Source of the DNA: Bdellovibrionales bacterium
Lineage (GTDB): Bacteria; Bdellovibrionota; Bdellovibrionia; Bdellovibrionales; JAGQZY01
Reading direction: 5' to 3'
DNA: 64,000 nucleotides
Assembly: GCA_964230645.1 (NCBI GenBank)
Contig: CAXRHT010000002.1
Location: 384,001 to 448,000, forward strand
Part shown: one piece after another, positions 9,127-19,820 of the stretch
Layout: every line of letters starts with the position of its first letter
Numbering within the stretch: the stretch's first letter is position 1
The notes under the pieces: model-generated
The model's database searches: none
Seen by the model: the letters and a program-made list of their open reading frames with translations, nothing else
What the model was told of the DNA's origin: nothing
Program-made: the position numbers and the translations under genes

Positions 9127-12100
9127 GGTTCACATTGATTAAAGGATCGCCCTGGGTTTGTACTTTCATAAGGCCACTCTCGCACATCTTGTCCCAACTC
9201 GTCGGCGAAAGTATAAAGTCCTGGGAAGGTCGGTAAAACCTCAAAGTAGGTTCGACTCAATTCATCCAGTGGCCAGTTGATGCCATTTTCTTGATTAATT
9301 ACCTCAAATTCAGGCACACGATTTTCTTCGTAAGAGCCTTGCAGGTCGAGGCTAGCAGCATCAGAGATCACACGTGATCCAACCGTTTGCCACCAATCAT
9401 TATTATCGATATAGCCCACTTGTCTGGCTCCAATCATAGAAGTAAAGACTTGGAAGTCTCTAAACCCACGAAGCTGTAAGAGCCATGGGTGATTGTGAAG
9501 GTCGGCTGTATCGAGCATATCACCTTCGGTAAAATGCTGTGTAAAGTAATAGTATTTTTCTTTGACTGGAAGACAACGGTCTTCAATCTGTCCGGTACAA
9601 ATCATTACACCGGTTTTAAGAATATCTTCGTTGTCATCAAAACCACGTCCGTCCGCGAGCATATCACGACGACTCTCATTTCTATGAAGTCTTTCTAAAT
9701 CATCGATTTCTTCGGCTAAGACGTTACGAATATCTTGATAAAAACTTGGATGAAAACGAGCCACCAAACAGCGCTCATAGCGTCCCAGCTCAATATCAAA
9801 AGTAGCCTGCTGACTCACGAGGAAAGTTCCCGCAGAAACACTGGTTCCTTGGGTACGTCCGGCACTCTCGTCCCGCCTTGCAGAGCGAGTCAGAGAAAAG
9901 GATCCAACTAATGTTTTAATGAGTCCTCCGACAAAAGGAATTTTAGCCACTTCATCAACGATAACATTAGCGAAATCAGAAGGTTTAAAAGCCGCAGAAG
10001 TACTTACCTGCACTCCATGGGAGCTTGATAAATTAAAGTTAGCAGAAAGGTTTATGTTTAAAGATTTACCACCTCTATAGACGTAACGTCCTGTCGTTTC
10101 ATATGCACGCACCTTTCTTTCAAAAACGATAGGAGAGTAACGAAATTCTACCGGTGTTCCGTCTTCGTTTGCTGGCTCTAAGCGCTTCACACTGTCAGAG
10201 AATCGACGTCTAGGATAACCATAAACATTGGCGACATACTCATGACACTTCGACTCGACAATAGCGTGGGCCTTGGCGTATTTGATCTTCTTTAACTCTG
10301 CCATGGTAAAATCACCAGGAATACTGGCACTCATACCAATGGTGGAGTTTCGAAGGTTCATATTTTCAAGAACACTCTCTGGTACATCTAAGAATTCTTC
10401 AGTGAACATATTGGCTGTTAAAGCAAAACACATTCTATGCATTAAGCGTCTTGAAACCTCAGGGTCCACATGAGCCGCATTTCTCCAACCGTGACGGGCG
10501 ATATTGACGATATCCTCTTCGGTCACCTCTCCTGAAACGGCATTGTAACTCTCAGGTAGGTCCATAAGTCTATAGACGTCGAGCTCCCTCATAAAACGTT
10601 CCTGTTGATAAGTGGCTTCACCAATATCAAGGGAGGGAAGAAAGGGAGGCAGAGTACGATTATTAAGTTGTGAGAACAGAGTGTTTTTCTGCAAAATATC
10701 AGGCCCAGAAGTAATATCTGTTAGACACTCATCGAGTCTTTCAAGAGGTCTCGTTTGACCACAATCTTGTTCGTTAACAACATCATCTTCATTGTCATAA
10801 TTGATGGCTTTGAGTCTTGATGCAGGATTATCGTTAAGAAGGGTATATTTGAGACCATAGGTTCTCACAAAGTTAACCACTTGCGAACCGAGCTCCATTT
10901 TTCTAGTCTTCTTCTCGTCAATGGTTTCCTTGTCTTCGATCAACTGATCCACAGTTAGATCGTGGTAAGCTCTTAAATAACCATAGTACTTGTTATTCTC
11001 GTAGTTAGCGTTAACAGACTCACCCGAATCGTAGATACCATCCTGAAGGAGGTTCAAATCACCATCTTCAGAAAGATTAAGGGTAGAATCCACATCTTCT
11101 GGTGGCACTCCTTGTTCAATCATACGAGGGGCCTCACAGAAGGCCGTACGGCAATACTGTTCGTTAAGAATATCTGTGGGTCTTAGCGAAGATCCATTGG
11201 TGTTATAGACAAAAGTTAGAGGGCCCACAAAAGTTCTGGCTGGTAGACCTGACTTACCGTCATCGGGATTAATACTTGGGTTGTGTTCCCCATCGTTTGT
11301 GATGAGGTCGAAGTCAAAACTTGGAGTCAGTGGACTTTCGGTGAAATCCGAAAACTTGAGTTCATCCAAATCTCTAGCAAAGCTGTCGTTTCCGGCATCA
11401 CGAGCCTGTCGCACGCGATGTTCAATAATGGATTGAGCCGCATTAACACCATCAGAAGTATCTGTGAAAAAGAGCTGTTGTAATGGATCGTCATCGAACG
11501 AATCCAGATATTCTGGATCAAGCTGATCACTGGCACTCTCAAGAGCATCCACATTAGCTTGGTTCAGATTTAACAGAATCCTATTAATAAGCGATCTTTT
11601 ATCGTTTCTAAAGCGAGTCATGTTACTCAGACCACTGCTTGGGTCATTAACTAGGGCACGATACTGATCAAGGCGGGCCAAACGCTCTTCAATCGCTTGA
11701 CGTCTTTCTTCCCACTCACTCGAACCTCTTTCAAACTGGTCGAGTCCAAGGGCTGAGTAGATTTCATTTTGTGCACTCTCAATGGAACCGGCTAATTCGG
11801 CAAGCTCCGCTCGTGCTTCACGGCGCTCACGTTCATTATTGTATTGATCCATAAGCTCGCTTACGCGCTGGTGTCTGGCTTCCAGAGTTTCAAGTTCCTC
11901 TTGCATGGTGAAAAGCTCTTCGTATCTGGCATCAATGTCCTGCCCTTCGAACAGCTCATTGAGTGTTTGATCCACAAGAGTGGCCAAACGAAGCTTATGT
12001 TCGTCCACCGTTTGTAGTTGGATAAAAAATTGATTTCTAATTCTCATTAGTCGAAGATCGTCCACCTCAAACTCAATCGGTGTAATAATCATTCCACCAA

Positions 12101-14429
12101 GCACCCTTACGAGTTTAGTTTGAACAGAGATATACTCTTTTCTTGATTCTTTGAGGTCTTCTTCATTAAGCAGACGGTGATCCACATCTTGCTCAGAGCT
12201 TCCCCCGTTAGGAGCATAAGCCATTCGCGGATTGGCGGATTGACCCGGCTCAAGAGGACCGTACTGACGATCATAGAGGTCGTAGGCGCGGTCAGCCTCT
12301 GGGTTGAGTTCGGCAGCTAAAGTTTCCTCATCGCCCTCCCCTTCAGCCAACTGATAGGGAATCTCTAGGTCTTCATCATAAATCCTAACACCTTTAGCGG
12401 CGGGATCCAGGTAGTCCTTCTGTAAGGCCACCTTCATAAGGTAAACTCCGTCACGTAGCTTGTAGGTTCCGAGACGTCCAAATACGATAGAGTTGTATTT
12501 CAAGACATAAGGGTAAGCTTTCAGAAGTACGGCTTTTTTCACTTTCAAATTGAGATACTTATCAATGGCGTAGCGAAAACCCATAGTTTCATATTTAAAA
12601 TCGGCAATAAACAGTTTTGAAACAGGAGCGGTCTCTCTTTGCTCTTCAATCTCACGAGCATAACCGTCAGGCATTTCATTTTCATCCCAACCAAAGGTAA
12701 ACTTTTCATCCCAAGGATTTAAATAGTAAGTAAATTCTTGTTCATATTGGTTAATCGTCTCATCCCACTGACTGATGTTATTAGCAGGATTAGAGGCGGC
12801 ATTGTTTTTAGTTCCCACAAAGCGTATGTTTGCGGTTTTTTCCTGCAGGACCTCTTTTCGATAGTATTTATGAGAAAGGAAACCAAACCAGGTTAAACAA
12901 CCGTCTTCATTGGTTTGTCGACGCATCTTGTGCACACGTCCTTTATCCTCAGTCTCGATATCAAACTGTAAACCAGGACCCACTCTTGAACCGTAAAGTC
13001 CGTGCTCCACACAGGTTTCAACGGAGTATTGTAGAGTTCTGTCCGTGGCCGTTTCTCCAGGCATAATTCTAATAAAACGCATGGTGAGTGGTCCAAAATA
13101 GAAACGATCAATCTCACGCACGGTTTGTAGGTCATCGATGATTCCATCAACAGAATTGACGTACTCATCGTAGCGCACCTCATCGAGAGGGTTAAAGTTT
13201 TCATCAAAAGAGAAAGTCGCAGTCTGTCGACGCACCCACTGGTCGTATTGTCCAAGGTCCAAAACGGCAGTGTAAGGTTTAACGTTCCTCATTCCACGGT
13301 CAACAGGAACCACTTTTAATAACAGCTCCACTCGACCAAATTCTGTTCTATTTCTTAAGACAAGTGGAACACTTGTTACTAAGCGTCCGTCGTCGTTCAT
13401 TCTCCAAATAAAAGACGCACTTCGCCCGACCATTTCTGTAACATTACTACTAAGAAGATGCCTTTCATTATTATCAGCCGCTCCTCTTGCAATCAAATTC
13501 ATATAGACTTTAAAGCGACCGCTGTTTAATTCAGTACGGTCTCGGTTTCCACCTGAATCGTAATTCCAGACCACTGGACGTGCGTTCATATTAACGTTTA
13601 TATGAAGTCCGGCGCGGTCACTAAGGAGAGTTTCTTCAATTTCATTGCGTCTTTGATTCTCTTCCTCGTCAAGAAGCTCTCGGCTCTGACGATTAAATTC
13701 GGCCACATTGGCTCTCGTTCTCTCAACAGGTTCAATTTGAATCGAGTCAAAGCGAAGCTCCGCTGTGGCATCAAAAAGATCACCTTTCAGGGCATCTACC
13801 ACTTGGTCACCGATGACCCATGTTCCTGACTGCCAATCACTACGATCGTAATCGGTGAGGTCAAAAAATCCACTGGATAAACTTTGAGTACGATGCATGT
13901 CCCAAGGGTTGAAACCAATTCGTTTGACTATTTTTCCAAGTTGTCCAGAAAGAGATTCAATTTCAAAATGTAAGGCCACGTTCACAGAGGGAGCAAAGAA
14001 ATCAAATTCTGGAACCGACTGGCTCCATCTTAAACAGTTTCCACTGTTAACTGTGATTGGATTTGAGATTTCCGTGCTATTTTCACTGCGTTTCCAGATA
14101 ATATTGTCACCAAGCTCGGATTTGATATGGAAGCGTTCATTACGAATGGTTCCCTGGGAAGCTCGATCTCTTATGTTACACAATCTAAAATAAAGTTGAA
14201 TGGCATTAGACGTACGCAGAACACCACGGTCTTGATCGGAGAACTTTATGTCCTCCAATTCAATATTCCCTACTTCGAAGAGCGCACGATTGTTAAAGGC
14301 TATGAGATTTCCATCTGTGGAATACTCGGAAAGCCCTTGCTCTTGCGATTTGCTCTCCCGGTCGGCATTAACACAGCCAACGAGGGTGCAAAGGGTTAAA
14401 ATTGTTACCAGCGACTTAAATAAAGTCAT
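9123..14429 (-). CDS. Very large (1768 aa) acidic lipoprotein of unknown function
   Basis: Long ORF; LVGC lipobox; central coiled coil; overlaps both neighbouring genes. Confidence 0.9.
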   Translation of the reverse strand: MTLFKSLVTILTLCTLVGCVNADRESKSQEQGLSEYSTDGNLIAFNNRALFEVGNIELEDIKFSDQDRGVLRTSNAIQLYFRLCNIRDRASQGTIRNERFHIKSELGDNIIWKRSENSTEISNPITVNSGNCLRWSQSVPEFDFFAPSVNVALHFEIESLSGQLGKIVKRIGFNPWDMHRTQSLSSGFFDLTDYDRSDWQSGTWVIGDQVVDALKGDLFDATAELRFDSIQIEPVERTRANVAEFNRQSRELLDEEENQRRNEIEETLLSDRAGLHINVNMNARPVVWNYDSGGNRDRTELNSGRFKVYMNLIARGAADNNERHLLSSNVTEMVGRSASFIWRMNDDGRLVTSVPLVLRNRTEFGRVELLLKVVPVDRGMRNVKPYTAVLDLGQYDQWVRRQTATFSFDENFNPLDEVRYDEYVNSVDGIIDDLQTVREIDRFYFGPLTMRFIRIMPGETATDRTLQYSVETCVEHGLYGSRVGPGLQFDIETEDKGRVHKMRRQTNEDGCLTWFGFLSHKYYRKEVLQEKTANIRFVGTKNNAASNPANNISQWDETINQYEQEFTYYLNPWDEKFTFGWDENEMPDGYAREIEEQRETAPVSKLFIADFKYETMGFRYAIDKYLNLKVKKAVLLKAYPYVLKYNSIVFGRLGTYKLRDGVYLMKVALQKDYLDPAAKGVRIYDEDLEIPYQLAEGEGDEETLAAELNPEADRAYDLYDRQYGPLEPGQSANPRMAYAPNGGSSEQDVDHRLLNEEDLKESRKEYISVQTKLVRVLGGMIITPIEFEVDDLRLMRIRNQFFIQLQTVDEHKLRLATLVDQTLNELFEGQDIDARYEELFTMQEELETLEARHQRVSELMDQYNNERERREARAELAELAGSIESAQNEIYSALGLDQFERGSSEWEERRQAIEERLARLDQYRALVNDPSSGLSNMTRFRNDKRSLINRILLNLNQANVDALESASDQLDPEYLDSFDDDPLQQLFFTDTSDGVNAAQSIIEHRVRQARDAGNDSFARDLDELKFSDFTESPLTPSFDFDLITNDGEHNPSINPDDGKSGLPARTFVGPLTFVYNTNGSSLRPTDILNEQYCRTAFCEAPRMIEQGVPPEDVDSTLNLSEDGDLNLLQDGIYDSGESVNANYENNKYYGYLRAYHDLTVDQLIEDKETIDEKKTRKMELGSQVVNFVRTYGLKYTLLNDNPASRLKAINYDNEDDVVNEQDCGQTRPLERLDECLTDITSGPDILQKNTLFSQLNNRTLPPFLPSLDIGEATYQQERFMRELDVYRLMDLPESYNAVSGEVTEEDIVNIARHGWRNAAHVDPEVSRRLMHRMCFALTANMFTEEFLDVPESVLENMNLRNSTIGMSASIPGDFTMAELKKIKYAKAHAIVESKCHEYVANVYGYPRRRFSDSVKRLEPANEDGTPVEFRYSPIVFERKVRAYETTGRYVYRGGKSLNINLSANFNLSSSHGVQVSTSAAFKPSDFANVIVDEVAKIPFVGGLIKTLVGSFSLTRSARRDESAGRTQGTSVSAGTFLVSQQATFDIELGRYERCLVARFHPSFYQDIRNVLAEEIDDLERLHRNESRRDMLADGRGFDDNEDILKTGVMICTGQIEDRCLPVKEKYYYFTQHFTEGDMLDTADLHNHPWLLQLRGFRDFQVFTSMIGARQVGYIDNNDWWQTVGSRVISDAASLDLQGSYEENRVPEFEVINQENGINWPLDELSRTYFEVLPTFPGLYTFADELGQDVREWPYESTNPGRSFNQCEP

Positions 14430-15738
14430 ATAAGGTCTCCACGCTTAGATAAATAGTTCGTTGATCATCTTGCTGTAGTCCATCGATCCTACGGGTGGCC
14501 GTTTGTAAAAGGTCGGCCTCCGTGTATGAGGCTCTAAAAATTACACCCCAATCTTTTGATTCTAGGTCAATTCGGTAGGTTTGCCCGATACGGTTGTTGT
14601 GTCCCAATCGATGGGAATTATAAAAAGAGGGCACAGCGTCCGTTTCGATAAAGTAGTCTTTATAATGTCCAGCCACAATCCAGCGACCAAAATCATTGGC
14701 CAGCCAAAAATTAAGAGCTTGGGCCTCACCCGCATCACTGGGGGCTTCGTTGTTTTTAATTGTATGCCACTGCACTTGTGCACTGAGACTATTCGTTAAT
14801 TTCTGTTCAAAGGTCAGTCGGTTTAAAAACCCATCAAACCCATAGATAAATTCGGCATTATTGATATCGGTATTGGTGACCGTGTTACCGTAGATAAAAC
14901 TGTTAAAGGCAACAACAGCTGGCAGATCATCATAAGAAAAGTGAGTCACACTGCCTTGAATAAAATTGTAGTCACTGATGTTCCACTTGGCTTTCACAGT
15001 TTGAGTTTGGAACTGAGGCATCTCTTCCCTCTCACCCACTCGGTTTGACTGAGTGTAAGAGGTTGGGATTAATTGTTGGGCACCCAAACCAAATTCAAAG
15101 CTACTAACTCTATAATTGAACTCTTCAGAAAGACCAATAAAGGGAAGGCTTGAAACAAAAAGTGGTTCGTTAAACTTTCCTTGACTGATCAAGCCAGCTT
15201 CAAAACGAAAAAGTCCATCAAGAGGCTTATATTGTAATTTTACATCGCGAGGATAAAGTCCGGTACCAGGCTCTTGATCTCCAAAAATATCCTGACTTCG
15301 GCCAGTTTCTGCTGAGATGTTTCCAAGAGTTAGAAAATCAAGATCTTCGATAAGACGATAGCGAAACTTTAAACCAAAGGTCGCTCCTGCAATTTGGGAC
15401 TGTATATTAGAGGCCGTCTCAAGTGACTGACCATCCATTCTTAACTTCCACAAAAACTGTGAACGTCTATCTTTAATTTGATCTTTGATGGCTTTTTCAT
15501 AATGAGGATCTTCACTTAAGAAGTTAGATCTTTGGATCGATGAATCGTAATCATTATTGGATTCGTTTTCGATTGGATTGGTTCTCTGTATAGAGGGATC
15601 ATAAAGAGATTCCTGATCTTGTCTTGCAGGCTGAGCAAAGCTCGTCCCTGAAAGAACAAGAGTGGTTACAAAAAGGAACCAAAATTGGAATGTAAATATA
15701 TTCCGTGAAGACGGATATATCTCTTCGTTATTCTTCAT
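14416..15738 (-). CDS. Putative outer-membrane beta-barrel (porin-like)
   Basis: Signal peptide ending SFA; alternating beta-strand pattern; aromatic C-terminus (TIYLSVETLYDFI). Confidence 0.75.
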   Translation of the reverse strand: MKNNEEIYPSSRNIFTFQFWFLFVTTLVLSGTSFAQPARQDQESLYDPSIQRTNPIENESNNDYDSSIQRSNFLSEDPHYEKAIKDQIKDRRSQFLWKLRMDGQSLETASNIQSQIAGATFGLKFRYRLIEDLDFLTLGNISAETGRSQDIFGDQEPGTGLYPRDVKLQYKPLDGLFRFEAGLISQGKFNEPLFVSSLPFIGLSEEFNYRVSSFEFGLGAQQLIPTSYTQSNRVGEREEMPQFQTQTVKAKWNISDYNFIQGSVTHFSYDDLPAVVAFNSFIYGNTVTNTDINNAEFIYGFDGFLNRLTFEQKLTNSLSAQVQWHTIKNNEAPSDAGEAQALNFWLANDFGRWIVAGHYKDYFIETDAVPSFYNSHRLGHNNRIGQTYRIDLESKDWGVIFRASYTEADLLQTATRRIDGLQQDDQRTIYLSVETLYDFI

Positions 15739-16269
15739 GTTTCCCCTGACAAAAACATAGTAAGTTAAACAAATTAATATTTCACTTGTATAAGTTACAA
15801 TAACTGTACCTTAACAATTCACTCCTAAACCCTTAAGAACACTTGTTCCTAGGTGTCTAAACTTTTGACACCCGCCTTTTTACGTCACTTTTGTTGCAAA
15901 ATTTCCGGAAGAAATTACAAAGCTTTTGAAAAAAATTCTTTATCAACTGTTTGACGGAATAGAGAAAAGTGCCGCGTTACTGGACATTTATAAAGGTATT
16001 GAAGCTTTTATAGGTTTTAAAAAAAGCAAATAGGGCCTCTGTTTTATAAGCTTAATGTTTAGATTGCTTCACAATTTTCAGACTTAACTGGCTTTGAAAA
16101 TCAGATCTAAAACTAAAGAAATTTTAGCTAACTTTATTCTTCTTCATTATTTTGTATCTATGAGAATCACTAGTAGAAGAGATGATTAAACAAAAAAATA
16201 TAAAAATTAAAGCAAACAAAGTAATTCAAATAAAGCTCTCTTCCTTTTGAGGCATCATTCAAACCACGA

Positions 16270-16403
16270 TCCCCATGTCTCCATTTATAATAATTCTCTA
16301 AAGGGCTCTGGTGAGCGTAACGCGTTTTCGCCCGAAGGGCGAAACACCAGCAAGGCAAGGATGCCGGCCCTGAAGAGATTTATTATAAATGGAGGCATGG
16401 GGA
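16270..16403 (+). repeat. Structured palindromic element, copy A
   Basis: Imperfect ~36 bp inverted arms (TCCCCATGTCTCCATTTATAATAA / TTATTATAAATGGAGGCATGGGGA) around a core shared with 20049 and 40883. Confidence 0.85.
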
Positions 16404-16419
16404 GCCGAGGACTTCGATC

Positions 16420-16513
16420 GAGCTTCGACAGGTCCTTCGGCTTCGCCTCAGGACGACAATGCAGGTTCGCCTCAGGACGACAATGCAGGTTCGCCTCAGG
16501 ACGACAGTGGAGG
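16420..16513 (-). repeat. CGTC/TGTC-type REP palindrome with three tandem 24-bp units
   Basis: Minus strand TGTCGTCCTGAGGCGAAGCCGAAGGACC. Unit TTCGCCTCAGGACGACAATGCAGG at 16442, 16466 and 16490 (variant). Near-identical REP at 48230. Confidence 0.85.
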
Positions 16514-16532
16514 CTCGTCTCAGAGCACGATA

Positions 16533-17294
16533 TTATGACATTAAGCTTTTTAAAAAACGAAGAGAGCGTATTCCGAACCAACTAAAAGACTCACCTTCTA
16601 CGAGAGCGGCAGGACGCTTGAGGCTTTTGATCCATTCCATTTCTTCTTTTTTGCCGAAATCATAAGGTTCCGAGGAGAAGAGTAAAAGAGTTTTAGGTGG
16701 AATTTGACTGAATTCAAACTTTGGATAATTTTCATCAAAATCAAAAAGATACTTTCGGTACCCCAGATGAGACAGAGTGTCTCCTATATAGGTCTTTGGG
16801 CCAACGGTCATCATTGGATTTTTCCAGATAATATAGAGAATATGATCAATCTCGGAATCAGGAGGGTGAATCCATTCGAGGACATCGGGGAAATCTTTAA
16901 TACTCTTATTAAAAGTATGGCTAAGAACTTTCTCCCAGGAAGAATTGAATTTCTCCATCTTAATTAAACTCTCTTGGCTTAGCTTATGACCATGCTCTTG
17001 CTTGAGCCATTCTAAAGAGGCGGGCACGGCTTTAAGATCCGAGATATGAGTAGCAAACAAGGGAAGCGAGGTTTTTTCCACCATTTCCTTTCGATTCTCT
17101 TCCTTATCGACCAGCAGAATATCGGCCCGAAGCTTTTTAAGCTTTGAAGCGTTTAGATCTTTTGTTCCCCCGACCACAGCAATGTTTTCCACTTGTTTTT
17201 TGGGATGAATACAGTAGCGGGTACGCCCCACCACATCGAGGCCTAAGTGAATCCATGTTTCTGTCCAAGATGGCACGAGGCTAACCCATTTCAT
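16533..17294 (-). CDS. Helical-backbone metal receptor (BtuF/cobalamin-Fe periplasmic binding family)
   Basis: VSLVPSWTET, VVGRTRYCIHP, VGGTKD, KEEN, SSEPY, GESFSWFG. Start set at the ATG at 17294. Confidence 0.85.
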   Translation of the reverse strand: MKWVSLVPSWTETWIHLGLDVVGRTRYCIHPKKQVENIAVVGGTKDLNASKLKKLRADILLVDKEENRKEMVEKTSLPLFATHISDLKAVPASLEWLKQEHGHKLSQESLIKMEKFNSSWEKVLSHTFNKSIKDFPDVLEWIHPPDSEIDHILYIIWKNPMMTVGPKTYIGDTLSHLGYRKYLFDFDENYPKFEFSQIPPKTLLLFSSEPYDFGKKEEMEWIKSLKRPAALVEGESFSWFGIRSLRFLKSLMS

Positions 17295-17520
17295 AAGAAG
17301 GAGTCTAGCATAGAGGTTAAAGCTAAAACAACGGAACTCTCCCCTGTGCTTTTCTCGCATGTTTGTGCTTAAAGAGGACTTTTAACAATGAATCGAACAG
17401 AAAGTAGACAGTCCTTTGTAGCCAATCCTATTTTCTTTTCAAAAAAATTCCTAGCTATTGTTAAAAAATAGGAAACGTGGAGAATAGGGCAAAATTAATA
17501 ACTCAAACAGGAGAAAACCT

Positions 17521-17859
17521 ATGAAAAAAACTGTGAAAGCAGGATTAGCTGCCAGTGCTTTAGCTGCAACACTCTCTGCGCCCTCAGCCAATGCATTGAT
17601 CATGCCCTCAAATGATAAATTTGAAACCATTAAATACTGTTTAAAAACCTATGGTTCAGAAGGGGCCAAGACAGTGATTTACTGTGATGAGTCTGAAAAC
17701 AACGCCATTAACAAGCGTCCTTTAATGGACAATGGCTGTGCTGAAGAGCAAGTGGCTGTTAACTCCACTCGCAATGTCACTCAAGGCCAAGAGTTCCCCA
17801 TTCAAATCGAAGAATGTGCGGTAAAAATTGATGGTGAAATCGAACCCGCTCAACTTTAA
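17521..17859 (+). CDS. Small secreted protein with 4 Cys
   Basis: AGGAG SD; Ala-rich signal peptide ending ANA; own terminator. Confidence 0.85.
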   Translation: MKKTVKAGLAASALAATLSAPSANALIMPSNDKFETIKYCLKTYGSEGAKTVIYCDESENNAINKRPLMDNGCAEEQVAVNSTRNVTQGQEFPIQIEECAVKIDGEIEPAQL

Positions 17860-17885
17860 TCTTTTTGTAAGAAAATTTTGATAGC

Positions 17886-17919
17886 AAGGCCAAACTCTAA
17901 GAAGGGTTTGGCTTTTTTT
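17886..17919 (+). terminator. Intrinsic terminator
   Basis: AAGGCCAAACTCT-AAGA-AGGGTTTGGC followed by a T-tract. Confidence 0.8.
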
Positions 17920-18715
17920 ATTTGCTTCCTAAAAAGCGAAGGAGCCTTTGGGTTTTATCGTTGACTTTTTTGTGCTCCATCAACTCTTTTGAATAAGGCC
18001 CCGAATTGGGAAGAAATTTTCTAGGATCCGAGGCGTAAAACCTCAGCTGAGGATAAGGATTCTCACCAGAAAGTTTGGTAATTTCCTTAGCCCACTTTTT
18101 AAGACCTATAGGCCCTTCAAACATGGGATCAAGAACAAGGATTTTCTTTCCGGTAAATACAAAGGTCGCCACATGAAATTCCCACACAACCGGAGGAGCT
18201 ACTAATGTTCCAATGGCCCAAACCTTACCGATTCGCTCCTGTGGCACACCCATTTTCAAAAGATAGTAATGGCTTAAAAGCGCTCGGTAGAAACAGTAAC
18301 CTATTTCTAGTTTTTTAGGGTCTCGCTTTTCACTATCACTCAGAAACTGATAGCCCGCGGCCTTTTTAAAAGCTTTTTTAAGTTTTTCAGTAGGAATGAC
18401 AGGCTTATTTTTTTGACTGTTGAGATTCTCAAGCTCACTGAACATTTCTTTATTCGCACTTCTTGCTTGCTCGACTAAAAAAAGATTCCTTTTTTTATAT
18501 TCTCGCCTTGTAAACTTCTTCTTTTCCAATTGTTCAAACCAAGAGGCTTTCTCTAAATTGTACTCAGCCAAAAGGTCTTTTTTTAAATTAAGGCTATGCT
18601 GATCATTTTCAGGTTCTTGGTTGAGCTCTTTTAAAACGGAAACACGAGAACTGTCCTGTTTATGGGCACAAGAGAGCATCAAAATTGCAATCAATAGAAG
18701 TCTAGGCCATTTCAA
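17918..18715 (-). CDS. Lipoprotein with protein-glutaminase/papain-like Cys-His-Asp domain
   Basis: GYCFYRA...WEFHVA...VLDP triad spacing. Probable TTG start at 18715 gives MKWPRLLLIAILMLSC. Confidence 0.7.
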   Translation of the reverse strand: MKWPRLLLIAILMLSCAHKQDSSRVSVLKELNQEPENDQHSLNLKKDLLAEYNLEKASWFEQLEKKKFTRREYKKRNLFLVEQARSANKEMFSELENLNSQKNKPVIPTEKLKKAFKKAAGYQFLSDSEKRDPKKLEIGYCFYRALLSHYYLLKMGVPQERIGKVWAIGTLVAPPVVWEFHVATFVFTGKKILVLDPMFEGPIGLKKWAKEITKLSGENPYPQLRFYASDPRKFLPNSGPYSKELMEHKKVNDKTQRLLRFLGSK

Positions 18716-19820
18716 GGAGATAATCCTCAAGCGTTTTACTGGCGATACCATTAGAAAAAACACTAGTAAGCTCTGCAATAGCCAAAGCCTCTCTTAAATA
18801 AGGTTCAGTCACAAGCCCTACATTTTTAAGAAGGTCTAAAGAGACGGCATCATGCTCTCCCATATCGTTAATCTGCATATGTCGATTCACTAATTTGGCT
18901 GAGTCTTTCAAGCCAATGTCACTTAAAAGCTCACCGAGTGGGTCTTTGCCTGAGAAGTTACTGCGTTCAAAAAAATCAATCAAAAGAGCAAAGGCTAAAA
19001 AGTTTCGAGAGGCACTAAATTTTAGCAAATCCATAATGACTCGAGCGTTGAGGCAGACCTCCACTTTTTCCGCATCAAAGCCGGCCGCTTCAACCGCTTT
19101 AGCCATAATAATGTCATGGCCTTTCTCTTCCTTAATGAATTTCTCAACCTCTTCTTTTGAAGACTGAGCGATTTCAAGAGCGGGCTCCACAGCCTCGATA
19201 CATCGCGAGGTCACATAGTGATTCTGCCTAATAAGGCGAGCGGCCATATCTTGTTGTTGATCATCAGGAAGCTCTCTAACTGTTGTGTAAACTTGCGAAA
19301 CACCCCCACGCTCTTTGACCTCGATCATATGAAACTTTCTTACGGCCGTAAGAACACTCTCAGGACAGTACATCTCGTCCACCGTAGCGAATTTCAAAAT
19401 AGAATCATGGTCCCAGGGAGAGGTGCGAGATTTTAAGGTCATCATGATCTCTTGCTCATCTTCTTTAGAAGCAAAACCTTGCTGCCCCTCTTCTTTTGAT
19501 TGGCAAAGATGATCCACTAAAGTTTTGATCTTTCCATCAACAAAGTTATTGTCTTTAAGCTTATGTTCATCACCATATTTGATGAGAGGAAGAATATAAA
19601 ATATAGGATAACGATCCACCTGCTTAATAAACTGACTAAATATCAGCGCTTCTTCCGGTTTGATAATCTGTTGCTGAATATTATTGTAAATACCCTGCAA
19701 CTGACTGGCCATCGCGGGATCAAGCTTAAGATTCAACTCAATCCAAGGGGTTTTCAAATGAACATCCCCACCACTTGTTTTCATTTCCAATTCTTCGTAA
19801 GGCCAATACTTATAATCCAT
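18702..19820 (-). CDS. Heme-oxygenase-like (diiron) fold redox protein with N-terminal extension
   Basis: QNHYVT, EEKGHD, FFER and HMQINDMGEHD give a His/Glu ligand pattern in a helical domain. Start at M6 after AAGGA. Confidence 0.6.
   Translation of the reverse strand: MDYKYWPYEELEMKTSGGDVHLKTPWIELNLKLDPAMASQLQGIYNNIQQQIIKPEEALIFSQFIKQVDRYPIFYILPLIKYGDEHKLKDNNFVDGKIKTLVDHLCQSKEEGQQGFASKEDEQEIMMTLKSRTSPWDHDSILKFATVDEMYCPESVLTAVRKFHMIEVKERGGVSQVYTTVRELPDDQQQDMAARLIRQNHYVTSRCIEAVEPALEIAQSSKEEVEKFIKEEKGHDIIMAKAVEAAGFDAEKVEVCLNARVIMDLLKFSASRNFLAFALLIDFFERSNFSGKDPLGELLSDIGLKDSAKLVNRHMQINDMGEHDAVSLDLLKNVGLVTEPYLREALAIAELTSVFSNGIASKTLEDYLLEMA

Noticed and set aside
16398..16435. tmRNA/tRNA-like start (GGGGAGCC...TTCGA)
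   Set aside because: No acceptor stem, T-arm or CCA end; the sequence is explained by the junction between the two repeats.
16247..16585. ORFs with GRQCRFAS or LHCRPEAN repeats
   Set aside because: They are translations of the 24-bp DNA repeat and palindrome; they appear on both strands and have no SD.
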